IMG/VR virus record: IMGVR_UViG_3300027759_000007
Location: 1,145-65,144 of that record
Origin: a virus
Taxonomy: Duplodnaviria; Caudoviricetes
Length of the DNA stretch: 64,000 nt
Reading direction: 5' to 3' (one strand)
A model generated the notes under the pieces. The model was not told the origin of the DNA, did no database searches, and was given only the letters and a program-made list of their open reading frames with translations. Every line of letters starts with the position of its first letter. The stretch's first letter is position 1. Positions 38,079-47,074 of this stretch are shown piece by piece. The translations under genes and the position numbers were made by a program.

Positions 38079-39346
38079 GGAAGTACGAGAGTGGTGTTGT
38101 ATCCTGATTCAATCACGACATACCCTAGACCTTGGTAAAGTACCAGTGTGTGCTCCAGTTTTTCAACGGGTGTGTTTGAGTTAGATTCAAAAAATATCTT
38201 CTTTGGTAGCCAAGACCTATCACGCGCATTAGTAACAAAATCGCGGGCAAAACCATCAAGGATGATAGTGTCGTGCCCTTCCGTATCAATCTTCAGGTAG
38301 CCCACACTGCCGATGTTGAACCGCTCGTACAGTTTGTCCAAGGTGGTCATGGGGACTTGCTCACGCTGAATTCGCTCAAGAGGAAGCTGTTTCGAGTTCA
38401 AGTAGCCTTGAATGATCGGGTGGATGTCATCAATCCGTGTGCAGCCAGCCAGCCACGTTGGAAGCTCGTACTTCAAGATGTCCTCCCTCGATACAAAGAC
38501 AGCCTCGCAGAACCCCTCTTGGTCTGACACAGCCTCTACTAGTTTGATCACATTCGGGGGGCTTGGTAGAACGTCTAAGTACCGCCCCACTGGCTCAACA
38601 GACAGCCCTCTCGCCGTTTGGGGTGCCGAAGCTATTTGAGTGTCAAAATCACAAGTCCCAATTTCGATAAAATCAAAGTGCTCTCTTTCTTTCGGCCACT
38701 GCTTAAAAGGCAGAAGTCCTGTTGTAACGCCTGAAGCATTCAAAAGCTCACAGCCAAGGTTTGCGGCGTACTTTTCCGCTTGCTTGAACAGTCTGACCAA
38801 TTCTTGTTCCCCAAGCCGAAGTGGGTCGGGTGTGCCGTGCCCATAGAAAAAATCAGGTTCAAAAGTTTTGAAGAATTCCTCCCCCCATTTAATTGCGTCT
38901 ATGGGGTTAGCACCTCCGAAGAGATCGTGAGGAGTAGGTTGCTTGGCTTCCCTCCATGTTTGAGTCTTAGCTTTATTGTAGTCGTGGTCAAAGCCGAGAT
39001 GTAAAATCCGCTTCGGTTTGAAGGTGTCTAGTATCCAGAAAAGACCTTGGAAGTACAGTGTGTACCCGATGTGATACTCTGGTCGCTCAAACTGCATACC
39101 CAACTGTTCACACATACGCCCGGGCGAGTCTTTGTATTCGTAGTAGCTGACTACCTTTGCCCCATGATCTTTCGGGAGGAAGCCAGACGCAGGAAAATCC
39201 CCTGAATGCACCCAGTAGTCTAAGGTATTTTTGTCGAAAACCTGCCAAGAGTTATTGACCGCGCATGTTACATCTACCGATGATAATATCTTAGATGCCT
39301 TTCTTGCGGATATGCCACTGCCTACATAGAGCACTACGTCAGTCAT
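38075..39346 (-). CDS. Fusion: Maf/DUF115-like (sialyltransferase-fold) domain + FkbM methyltransferase
   Basis: N-terminal YVGSGIS, CAVNN, DYWVHSGD, ILHLGFD; C-terminal FIEIG, SVEP, LKIDTEGHD. Confidence 0.7.
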   Translation of the reverse strand: MTDVVLYVGSGISARKASKILSSVDVTCAVNNSWQVFDKNTLDYWVHSGDFPASGFLPKDHGAKVVSYYEYKDSPGRMCEQLGMQFERPEYHIGYTLYFQGLFWILDTFKPKRILHLGFDHDYNKAKTQTWREAKQPTPHDLFGGANPIDAIKWGEEFFKTFEPDFFYGHGTPDPLRLGEQELVRLFKQAEKYAANLGCELLNASGVTTGLLPFKQWPKEREHFDFIEIGTCDFDTQIASAPQTARGLSVEPVGRYLDVLPSPPNVIKLVEAVSDQEGFCEAVFVSREDILKYELPTWLAGCTRIDDIHPIIQGYLNSKQLPLERIQREQVPMTTLDKLYERFNIGSVGYLKIDTEGHDTIILDGFARDFVTNARDRSWLPKKIFFESNSNTPVEKLEHTLVLYQGLGYVVIESGYNTTLVLP

Positions 39347-39349
39347 ATC

Positions 39350-42300
39350 TTATGGTGGGGCTGTTGTTGTCGTTGGAGGCGCTGTTGTTGTAGTCGTAGA
39401 GGTTGTCGTAGTTGGGGGCGCAGTCGTTGTAGTCGTAGAGGTTGTCGTAGTTGGCGGCGCAGTCGTTGTAGTCGTAGAGGTTGTCGTAGTTGGGGGCGCA
39501 GTCGTTGTAGTCGTAGAGGTTGTCGTAGTTGGCGGCGCTGTTGTAGTAGTCGTAGAGGTTGTCGTAGTTGGCGGCGCTGTTGTAGTAGTTGGAGGCGCTG
39601 TTGTAGTGGTCGTCGTCGTTGTTGTAGTGGTCGTAGTGGTCGTGTTGCTGGTATCCGACCAATCTCCGACAATGAACATGTCCCCGTCTTGGAGCATCTG
39701 GATGCCATTCACTCTGCCGGGGCTAGTGACTGAGCCAACTTCACTGGTAAACCCTGCGTCCAAGGTGCCATCAACATTCAACTGTGCGAGGTAAGGTTTA
39801 GCTCCACCGCCAATAGTGGTGAAGTCGCCACCTACCATGATCTCACCGTCTGAGCGCAAGCCCAAGCAGCGGACTACCCCATTAGCGTTGGGGTCGAAGG
39901 TAGCGTCAATCACACCAACTGAGTCGAGTCGGGCGATGCGGTTACGGGCAGAAACATCGACACTGGTGAAGTCTCCGCCAATGATGATCTGCCCATCAGG
40001 CTGAACAAGCACGCAGCGGACGATGCCGTTAGCGCCGGGATCGGTGTCAAAGGTAGCGTCCACGGAGCCGTCTGTTGCATCCACTCGGGCGATGCGGTTG
40101 CACGTCACGCCATGAACCACAGTAAAGTCACCGACGATGATAGCCTTGCCATCTGGCTGATATGCGATGCCGTAAACGGTGCCGTTGGTATTGGCATCCC
40201 AATCTGGGTCAACCGCGCCGGGGGCTGTTGGGTTCTGACTCTCTCCGGTAAGGTTGACGGTAAAGGGGTTCTCGTTCTCATCGCTGCTGCCAATCGTCAG
40301 GACCGCCGTGCGAGTATTTGAGATAGTAGAGTTCTCTTCAGGCGCAAACCGCACTGTAAAAGGAGTGAAGCCTGATGGGGCTAGTGTTGTTACCAATAGA
40401 CCGGGGTCTACGATAGAGAAACTTGGGTTGTCCTGCGTGATGCTAGCCGTCAACAGTCGGAGAGTGTCGTTCCCAACATTTCGGATGTAGAACACTTCGT
40501 CAGACGCACTACCTGTGGTCACGGTTCCGTAATCAACTGTGCTACTACCATCAACCAGAATAATGTTGGTGGGAGCTTGGACCAACTCAACCTGAATCTC
40601 CGCAGCGACTCCAGTGCCCTGAACTTTCAAGATGTAGGTCGTGGCTGCGTTGGTGGTGATGATGATTGTGGCACGCTTCAAACCTGCTGAAGTCGGAGTA
40701 AAAAAAATGTTCCACGGGGTCGAAGCGGATGGGGACAAGGATACAGGTAAATCCCCAAGAGTGAAATCGTTGAAGGTCGTATCGCCGACAGAATACGCCG
40801 ATTTCACAGCGGAGAAACCCGCCAGTGTCTCCAATCCTATGTTTGCCAGTGTGAGAGCTAAGGTCGATTGTACCGCTACTGATGTCTCTGGAGCCGTCGT
40901 CAAAGATGAAGGGTTACTATTGCTGATGATCTCCTGACCCTGATTTTCAATTAAAAGCTCTGGCTGGGGGTCTGTGAAGGCGATGCAAAGACGGCTAGTT
41001 TCCGAAAGGAGGGGGTTTGCAGCTTCACAAACGAGCTTGGCATAGTAAGCAACTCCGGGAGTGGCTCCCGTTATATCCGTAGTGGTCAAGGTTGGGGGAG
41101 CGTTGACCGCCAAATTCTGCGTGTGCGTGCCAATCGTCTTGGCGTTATAGTCACCCAAGAAGCCACTGCCAAAGTTTGGGTCAGTAGATACCGAAAGTTT
41201 TAGGGTTCCTGTCACCGTTTTTGCATTGACGGTTCCCGATAGCGTGAACCCACGCGCTGTTCCAGCAGTCTGAGTTAAGTCGATGTTCGTAGCCACACCC
41301 GCCGTGCTAGGTGCGTTGACATAAAACATGCGTGTCAGATAGCCACCTTGGTCGGGAGACACCGTGACACGGGCTAATACTGTTGCAGGCCAACGTGGCG
41401 GAGTTGTCGCAGGGTATTCTGCGTAGAACTGGGTATCTCGAATAAATAAATTCGAGTGCAGGCAGGCGGGGATACGGATGCTCAACTCAGACCCTTGGAA
41501 GACAATCTCTGTTTTCAGCATGGGTGTTTCCGAAGGAATCAAGGGGGATACTGCTACCCAATTTGCAGAGTTAAAAGTCGAGCCAGATGTGTGAGCTACG
41601 GTGCATTTGTAGTAGGTTGGGGAACTCCCAACTACAAGAGTGATATATGCACCAAGGGCATAGACCGTAGAGGGTGCCCATACCGTGCCTGTATTCCAGC
41701 CCGAATCCCCATTGAACACGGGTTTTGCAAGGGTCCAGCGTTCAACCAAGGTGTAGTCGCAAGGTCCATCAAAAGCATCGGCTAGCCAGACAGGGAACCA
41801 AGAATATGTGCGGACTGGAGAGTACACATTGCTTGGATCGGAAAGTATTGCTTGGATGTAGATGTAGTTGAGAACTCTCGGCCATGAGTAGTTGTCACGA
41901 TAGAAGAGAGTCCTCGAAGCCACCCCAAGATTGGCGTTGCCCGCTAGTCCTGCGGCTTTTCTTGTCGTGGACGTGGACCAAAGTGAGTTACTCGGGTCAA
42001 CAGTTTTGTAGCTTCCCGAAGGATCGACCACCGTGCCTAGTGTGCCAGCGGCTACTTTCTGGCTCACTGCCCCGCGAAGCTGGTTCGTGTCCAGATCGAC
42101 GGAATACTGCGTCTGCGTATCCGTGATCTTCTCCCGACTCACTTGGACCGCTACATAAAGGCTGTCGAGTTTTGGCTCGCCAATTTTCTGTTCCTGCGTT
42201 GCCGTGATAGCATACCCCGTTGTGTCAATCGGAGGATTTGGGGGAGCAGGATAAGTCGTCGCAGGGTTAGCAGGCAGCGCCACATAGTCTGCTCTCGGGA

Positions 42301-42619
42301 TGATGAACGTCTGTGTGATAGACTTCCACTGCCCTGAATCGCTGATCTCGTAATTGTAAAGATTTTGCGTCTCTTGGTCAGCTACATACCAACGCTGGTA
42401 GTTACCTTGCTCGTCTGCCTGCGTCTGAAGGCAGAACTTGTGGTTCGGCCAAGACTTGAGCTTGGAGATGGTATCATGCGGTGTCCCGTAAACAGGGATT
42501 GAGTCGTTGGGCGACTGGACGACATTGAAATTCTCAACAACGAAAACATCCGTCGATAGCGGAGTAAATGGAACCCGTTGAGCGGGCAGTAGCTTGGAGG
42601 CGGAATTTGCGAGTGCCAT
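39350..42619 (-). CDS. Virion/tail protein with CBM5/12-like module, Ig-like domains, 3.5 delta-60 repeats and Thr-rich tail
   Basis: WAPSTVYALG...YKCTVAHTS (chitin-binding-like); two choice-of-anchor-D-like domains; ends in T/APP repeats. Confidence 0.85.
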   Translation of the reverse strand: MALANSASKLLPAQRVPFTPLSTDVFVVENFNVVQSPNDSIPVYGTPHDTISKLKSWPNHKFCLQTQADEQGNYQRWYVADQETQNLYNYEISDSGQWKSITQTFIIPRADYVALPANPATTYPAPPNPPIDTTGYAITATQEQKIGEPKLDSLYVAVQVSREKITDTQTQYSVDLDTNQLRGAVSQKVAAGTLGTVVDPSGSYKTVDPSNSLWSTSTTRKAAGLAGNANLGVASRTLFYRDNYSWPRVLNYIYIQAILSDPSNVYSPVRTYSWFPVWLADAFDGPCDYTLVERWTLAKPVFNGDSGWNTGTVWAPSTVYALGAYITLVVGSSPTYYKCTVAHTSGSTFNSANWVAVSPLIPSETPMLKTEIVFQGSELSIRIPACLHSNLFIRDTQFYAEYPATTPPRWPATVLARVTVSPDQGGYLTRMFYVNAPSTAGVATNIDLTQTAGTARGFTLSGTVNAKTVTGTLKLSVSTDPNFGSGFLGDYNAKTIGTHTQNLAVNAPPTLTTTDITGATPGVAYYAKLVCEAANPLLSETSRLCIAFTDPQPELLIENQGQEIISNSNPSSLTTAPETSVAVQSTLALTLANIGLETLAGFSAVKSAYSVGDTTFNDFTLGDLPVSLSPSASTPWNIFFTPTSAGLKRATIIITTNAATTYILKVQGTGVAAEIQVELVQAPTNIILVDGSSTVDYGTVTTGSASDEVFYIRNVGNDTLRLLTASITQDNPSFSIVDPGLLVTTLAPSGFTPFTVRFAPEENSTISNTRTAVLTIGSSDENENPFTVNLTGESQNPTAPGAVDPDWDANTNGTVYGIAYQPDGKAIIVGDFTVVHGVTCNRIARVDATDGSVDATFDTDPGANGIVRCVLVQPDGQIIIGGDFTSVDVSARNRIARLDSVGVIDATFDPNANGVVRCLGLRSDGEIMVGGDFTTIGGGAKPYLAQLNVDGTLDAGFTSEVGSVTSPGRVNGIQMLQDGDMFIVGDWSDTSNTTTTTTTTTTTTTTTAPPTTTTAPPTTTTSTTTTTAPPTTTTSTTTTTAPPTTTTSTTTTTAPPTTTTSTTTTTAPPTTTTSTTTTTAPPTTTTAPP
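39353..39643 (-). repeat. Tandem repeat encoding a mucin-like tail; 39-bp unit TTTTSTTTTTAPP x5 plus TTTTAPP units
   Basis: Near-identical gttgtcgtagttgg(c/g)ggcgc... units read directly. Confidence 0.95.
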
Positions 42620-42641
42620 ATAGGGAGAACCTACTCTGTCT

Positions 42642-43169
42642 TCAGCGCACTAGCAAGTAATCCCGAACTTGGTGTTGCAGGGTCACGATGTCGCCTTCGT
42701 TGGCAAAGCTGTAGTCAATCAGATCGCGAGAGACCCCTGCTTCCGAAGCATGTTCCATCTGAGGAGCACTGGCGCGAGTGATCTCTACAACAACTCCCCC
42801 CATGTTACGGACCAATTCGGCTTCATTGTCGAACCGAATATCGTCTATTACGATGCCCCGAATAATGTCGCTTTCGACATCGCCAAGCAGCGTCTCTAGC
42901 CGAGCACGTCCTGCACGAATCCAGATGTCACCACCAACCATGTTGCGACCCCAATCGGTTCCCAAGGTCTGATACACTTCGCGCAGAGTTTTCCCACACA
43001 ACTCGGGCGGACGAGCTTCTTTGTCCGTGCAACTAGTGAGGCATCGCACCATTGCCTTCAATGGCTCGGCAAAGGACATTCGATCATATCCGATTGAGAT
43101 AAAGGCGTTCGCTGCGGTGGTTTTCCCTGATTGAGCTAAACCTGTGAAGGCGATGATTGGGTTTTTCAT
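42642..43169 (-). CDS. Deoxynucleoside monophosphate kinase
   Basis: IIAFTGLAQSGKTT, FAEPLK, REVYQTLGTDWGR, DDIRFDNEA, HASE; ATG at 43169. Confidence 0.9.
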   Translation of the reverse strand: MKNPIIAFTGLAQSGKTTAANAFISIGYDRMSFAEPLKAMVRCLTSCTDKEARPPELCGKTLREVYQTLGTDWGRNMVGGDIWIRAGRARLETLLGDVESDIIRGIVIDDIRFDNEAELVRNMGGVVVEITRASAPQMEHASEAGVSRDLIDYSFANEGDIVTLQHQVRDYLLVR

Positions 43170-43180
43170 ATTTTTGATTA

Positions 43181-43738
43181 TCAAGCGAACTTTGCCGCAA
43201 TCGCATCCGCCAGTGCTTTGCAAACTGCAAGGCGTGTCGTCGTTGAAAGCATCAAAGTGCGGTCTTCTTTATTGTCGATGAAGCCGAGTTCTACCAACCA
43301 ACACTTGTCGAACTCCATGACGGCTAGAGATGTGTGCTGTGAATCCTTTTCAGTCTTCACGCCACGGTCTTTAGTCCCCATAGCCTTCACGATGGCGGTA
43401 TTCAATACTTTGGCAAAAGCTCGGTCATCCTCGCCACGGAAGAAAGTCTCCGTGCCTCTGGCGTTGCCATCTGCGGCATTGCAGTGGAGTGAGATCATGC
43501 ACACGGCATTGTAGGCTTTAGCGATGTCATCTCTGCGAGACACAGGGCAAGGGTCTTTGTCATCGACTCGGGTTCGCACAACCTTGAAACCTCGGGCTAC
43601 CAACTCTAGGCGCAGCACGTTGGCATAATCCATCACGATGGCGGCTTCTGTGTAGCCGTTGCTTTCAGCCCCCGAGTCATAGACGAGAGCTTTTCGGTTA
43701 GCCATCCCGTGTCCAGGGTCTAGGCAGATGATTTTCAT
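43181..43738 (-). CDS. Endolysin, N-acetylmuramoyl-L-alanine amidase (Amidase_3)
   Basis: LDPGHG, E, ISLHCNA, LVELGFIDN. Confidence 0.93.
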   Translation of the reverse strand: MKIICLDPGHGMANRKALVYDSGAESNGYTEAAIVMDYANVLRLELVARGFKVVRTRVDDKDPCPVSRRDDIAKAYNAVCMISLHCNAADGNARGTETFFRGEDDRAFAKVLNTAIVKAMGTKDRGVKTEKDSQHTSLAVMEFDKCWLVELGFIDNKEDRTLMLSTTTRLAVCKALADAIAAKFA

Positions 43739-43878
43739 CGGTTCTTTTTGTTCTCCAAATCTTGTTTCCTCTCCTGTTCCGCCGCTAGGTCACAGCTTAC
43801 AAAGAGAGCGATTACCGTGAGTGCTCCAAAAGACACTAGGGCAAACGTGATACCACAAAAGATGCCGATAAAGTCCAT
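43735..43878 (-). CDS. Small single-TM protein (47 aa, lysis-associated candidate)
   Basis: Hand translation MDFIGIFCGITFALVSFGALTVIALFVSCDLAAEQERKQDLENKKNR*; ATGA overlap with the amidase. Confidence 0.55.
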   Translation of the reverse strand: MDFIGIFCGITFALVSFGALTVIALFVSCDLAAEQERKQDLENKKNR

Positions 43879-44862
43879 TTAGTAAACCCTCCCCTGAATG
43901 ATCTTGTGATTGGTAACCTCGTAGTTGCCGTCTGGCTGGGTTTCAACCCACACAAATCCATGATTCCAGCGATTCACGATGGCGTAATCGGGCGACAAAT
44001 CGCAGAGGCAACCAGTGCTCCAACACGACGAGAGCTTTTTGTTAAGACCTGTGCTTTCGGTGTGCTCGCTTGTTCTGTGCCAGTGCCCACAGATGAGGGA
44101 TTCTTGCACCCGCATCCAAATGCCGCGAGCAGGATTGACTGGTGACGACATGCCCTGCGGCAATTCGTGCCCATGATAAATTGGCAGGTTGCCTAACCGA
44201 ATGAGTGTAAGTGATGGGACAAGCTCAATGTTGAGTTCGTCAAACTTGAGCAACACGGGAAGCTCGAAATCCGAAACGCCGAGGAGCACTGGAGCATTCT
44301 TAACCAAGAACATTTCCATGCGTGCCTCATGGTTGCCAATTTTGTAGAGGATTCTGGCTTTGGGAAACTGAGCGCGGAGGTGGAAGAGGAACTGACGGAT
44401 TGCATCAAGCTCGTCGGAGAGCGATCTGCGCGGGTCTTTATCGTGTCGGGATACACCATAAAAATCACCTATGTCTCCGTTGAGGATAACCACATCGGGC
44501 TTCTTTTTCTTACCGTGTGCGATGGCAGCGGCAACGGCGACCTCATCGTGGTAGGGGATGTGAATGTCTGACAAGATCAGCACCTTCAATGCACCATCGA
44601 GAACGATTGGCTTGCGTGAGGTCGCCTGTGTCTTCGGCATGATATTCTTCTGCCAGCCGAGCGGCTTAAAATCACTTTTGTTCGAGATGTGTGTTTTGTG
44701 ACGATCCCCCTTTGCTCCCCGAACATGTCTGACTGTGTTTCGAGCATTTTCCAATGACGGAAACACCTTTGGCTTTTCCTTAAACATCACACGGGCAATC
44801 GTGCGGTTTTCCACGTCTGGGAAACGTGCGATGAATTCTCTGGCGATTTCGGTTTTGGTCAT
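43879..44862 (-). CDS. Calcineurin-like metallophosphoesterase
   Basis: SDIHIP, NGDIGD, GNHE, HGHE, GHWH motifs. Confidence 0.9.
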   Translation of the reverse strand: MTKTEIAREFIARFPDVENRTIARVMFKEKPKVFPSLENARNTVRHVRGAKGDRHKTHISNKSDFKPLGWQKNIMPKTQATSRKPIVLDGALKVLILSDIHIPYHDEVAVAAAIAHGKKKKPDVVILNGDIGDFYGVSRHDKDPRRSLSDELDAIRQFLFHLRAQFPKARILYKIGNHEARMEMFLVKNAPVLLGVSDFELPVLLKFDELNIELVPSLTLIRLGNLPIYHGHELPQGMSSPVNPARGIWMRVQESLICGHWHRTSEHTESTGLNKKLSSCWSTGCLCDLSPDYAIVNRWNHGFVWVETQPDGNYEVTNHKIIQGRVY

Positions 44863-44870
44863 GCGGTTTG

Positions 44871-45125
44871 TTAGCTGTCGGTTTTTCGGTAGCCTTGTTT
44901 CCAAAGCGCGTGGCCCATAAGGCGGCCAGCGCGTAGAACTTTTTCTTCAGTCCAATCAGGCGCGATGTGATGGATGATTTCGTGACAGACAATTTCAATA
45001 CGCTTTTTGCCTTTTAGGCGTGAGTCGATTTCAATCGTGCCGTCACTCCAGCAAAGGCCATGCGCGCCGTGTTTGCCGAGCTTGCGTTCTGTTATGGTCG
45101 GCGGCTTCGGCATGGGTAAGATCAC
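44871..45125 (-). CDS. Small HExxH zinc metallopeptidase-like protein
   Basis: HGLCW..GTIEID..L...CHEIIH. Confidence 0.7.
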   Translation of the reverse strand: MILPMPKPPTITERKLGKHGAHGLCWSDGTIEIDSRLKGKKRIEIVCHEIIHHIAPDWTEEKVLRAGRLMGHALWKQGYRKTDS

Positions 45126-45370
45126 TGCGCCCTGCCAATGGTTAGGGCGCGGGTAAATGCTGCCTGTGAATAGAGTTTCTCACCTGTGGCTTTCCATCGA
45201 CCTTCCGCAAACTGATACTCGACACCTTCAAGACTTGTCATTGAGGTCGGTGTGTAAAGTGCCGACAAGTTTAGAGAGGACTCTGCGCTCGCGGTCGAGT
45301 GACTCGATTTGCAAGAGAGCAGACTCAGTAGCGCCAACACTAAGCCGAAGTATTTCACGATCAATTTCAT
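45122..45370 (-). CDS. Lipoprotein, candidate outer-membrane spanin
   Basis: MKLIVKYFGLVLALLSLLSC lipobox; overlaps the upstream ORF in another frame. Confidence 0.55.
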   Translation of the reverse strand: MKLIVKYFGLVLALLSLLSCKSSHSTASAESSLNLSALYTPTSMTSLEGVEYQFAEGRWKATGEKLYSQAAFTRALTIGRAQ

Positions 45371-45452
45371 GGAGTCGTTGAAAGGGTTTCGAGGCATTTA
45401 CCGCTAGCCAGACCCGCAAGGCCAACTGGAGCAGGTCAAGGAAGGAAAACAT
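45228..45452 (-). CDS. Candidate inner-membrane spanin
   Basis: Hydrophobic N-terminus followed by coiled coil; Rz/Rz1-like overlap. Confidence 0.5.
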   Translation of the reverse strand: MFSFLDLLQLALRVWLAVNASKPFQRLHEIDREILRLSVGATESALLQIESLDRERRVLSKLVGTLHTDLNDKS

Positions 45453-45457
45453 AAAAA

Positions 45458-45522
45458 TGGCGCAGGGTCGGGACTTGCACCCAACTGTAGGCTACGGTTT
45501 ATCAGGTCGCTCCTTACCCTGC
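45458..45522 (-). ncRNA. tRNA-like element ending in CCA
   Basis: GCAGGGT...TGGG-TGCAAGT-CCCG-ACCCTGC-G-CCA: acceptor stem, T-arm and CCA; D and anticodon arms degenerate. Confidence 0.6.
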
Positions 45523-45528
45523 ATTTTG

Positions 45529-45699
45529 TTATTTGCGACTGAACTTGCCGATGAAATCAGCAAATGCCTTGATCGCCTTTTCTGGCTGTTCGCCGGGGAT
45601 GAAGGCAAAAAGAACAACGAGCGATGTGCAGACGCCAGAGAGAGCGCCGAGCAGGGAGAGCCAGTCGGTAGAGAGTAGGAGTGGTAGTAAGTCTTTCAT
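45529..45699 (-). CDS. Small membrane protein, holin candidate
   Basis: Hand translation MKDLLPLLLSTDWLSLLGALSGVCTSLVVLFAFIPGEQPEKAIKAFADFIGKFSRK*. Confidence 0.6.
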   Translation of the reverse strand: MKDLLPLLLSTDWLSLLGALSGVCTSLVVLFAFIPGEQPEKAIKAFADFIGKFSRK

Positions 45700-45863
45700 T
45701 ATTTGCGGAGGTTACGGATTGCACTGATACAGCCAAGGATACCAGCAAGGGTTCCAACTGCAAGTGAGGAAAGTTTGAGCCACATCTCCATATCAGCATG
45801 GGTAGCTAACGAACTGATGAGAGCTACAATGGAGCCGATAAATGGTGTGGTGTGGTCGTTCAT
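45699..45863 (-). CDS. Small two-TM protein, holin candidate
   Basis: Hand translation MNDHTTPFIGSIVALISSLATHADMEMWLKLSSLAVGTLAGILGCISAIRNLRK*. Confidence 0.6.
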   Translation of the reverse strand: MNDHTTPFIGSIVALISSLATHADMEMWLKLSSLAVGTLAGILGCISAIRNLRK

Positions 45864-46024
45864 GGTTCAGATTCGCAAAAGTTATCGTCAGGGATGAGTT
45901 CCAGCACTTTTGCTTTTACGACTTCAGCAGTGGCATCGATGACCAGCTTATTCCGAGTCTCAGCAGCAGCCCCAAAAGCTTCACAGAGTTTTAGGATATT
46001 GTTTCGGAGTTGTTCTGGATTCAT
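45860..46024 (-). CDS. Hypothetical protein (54 aa)
   Basis: MNPEQLRNNILKLCEAF...ESEP*; ATGA overlaps at both ends. Confidence 0.55.
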   Translation of the reverse strand: MNPEQLRNNILKLCEAFGAAAETRNKLVIDATAEVVKAKVLELIPDDNFCESEP

Positions 46025-46284
46025 GGGTTTAGTTGGGTTTCAAGTTGTGAGATCAGTGCTTGACGCTCTTCGTATGGGAGTGCAGCAGCTGCGTTGCCAA
46101 TACGTTGCACCGCACGCTCATAAGCAGTAGCTACATACCCATCAACAGCAAACATGAGGACGTGGGTTAAATAGCTATCGTCTGTAAAAGCTGTCGAACC
46201 TGCTGGGAGTGCTGCATTTTCACCAGCAATAACTCCAGCTAGTGCGTCAGCTTGCTCTTGGGTGAAGGTAAGGTTTAGAGTCAT
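46021..46284 (-). CDS. Small protein after fibre 2 (chaperone-like)
   Basis: 87 aa, ATGA-coupled to the fibre gene. Confidence 0.6.
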   Translation of the reverse strand: MTLNLTFTQEQADALAGVIAGENAALPAGSTAFTDDSYLTHVLMFAVDGYVATAYERAVQRIGNAAAALPYEERQALISQLETQLNP

Positions 46285-47045
46285 AGATTTGAAAGAAGTA
46301 CTTTATACTGAGTTCCGTTTACTTTGATGAGTGCTGTGTGGGTGCAGGCTATCACACCAGCAGCCGCAGTTTGCCCCATGATATTGATCCGTCCTGTTGT
46401 GCCTGCTGGTGTGATGTTGATGTCCACATTAGCTGCTCCTGTTCCAGCACGTTCAGCAGCTATACTAACTAGTGTGCCAGTGCAATGTATAGAAGCACGA
46501 ACGTAATTGCTCGCATTGTTGTAGAAACCATAGATGTGGAATCGGTTTGTTACCGTTCCTGCATTGGTGTCTCCACGAATAGCTAATGTGTTGGCTTGAC
46601 TGTCTCTACGAAGCTGAGTGTCTGCCCATCCGATTGGGTAAGAATTAGGCCAAACACTTTGTTCGGTTATTAAAATACCCCCAGTTGCAGGCGTGTAATA
46701 CGCTACATTTTCTGGGACTTGGCTAGTGTTTAATTCGAGGCCAGCAGATTTGCCTGCATCGCTGTTTCCAATCGTAATTTGGGATCCAGAGAGACTGGCA
46801 TAATACTCATTTTGACCAACCAATACATAGTTAGGCTGAATAGCAGTCCCACTAGTGTCATTTTGTATGCTAAGTTGAGAATTTGTAAGACTTGAGTTTC
46901 CTCCTAAATTTAAAATATTGTAGTTTAAATTTAAGTTGCCAGTCAAAGTGCCCCCAGCGAGTGGAAGAACTCCAAGATTGGTTCTTGCCGCTGCATTGTC
47001 TGCGGATCGAAGAAAAGTATCAATGTTGGCGGAGACGTTTGGCAT
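46281..47045 (-). CDS. Fibre/spike-like protein 2
   Basis: AAARTNLGVLPLAGGTLTGNL fibre motif; C-terminal LIKVNGTQYKVLL. Confidence 0.75.
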   Translation of the reverse strand: MPNVSANIDTFLRSADNAAARTNLGVLPLAGGTLTGNLNLNYNILNLGGNSSLTNSQLSIQNDTSGTAIQPNYVLVGQNEYYASLSGSQITIGNSDAGKSAGLELNTSQVPENVAYYTPATGGILITEQSVWPNSYPIGWADTQLRRDSQANTLAIRGDTNAGTVTNRFHIYGFYNNASNYVRASIHCTGTLVSIAAERAGTGAANVDINITPAGTTGRINIMGQTAAAGVIACTHTALIKVNGTQYKVLLSNL

Positions 47046-47057
47046 AAAAGGTCAAGT
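46981..47057. repeat. 77-bp direct repeat copy 1 (fibre start + leader)
   Basis: Matches 48051-48127 with one mismatch. Confidence 0.95.
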
Positions 47058-47074
47058 CCGTTGGTTTTGTATAG

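Noticed and set aside
39339-39708. Alternative-frame ORFs over the Thr repeat (YDYN- and QLR-rich)
   Set aside because: Shadow frames of a stop-free repeat, with no credible start and no continuation into another gene.
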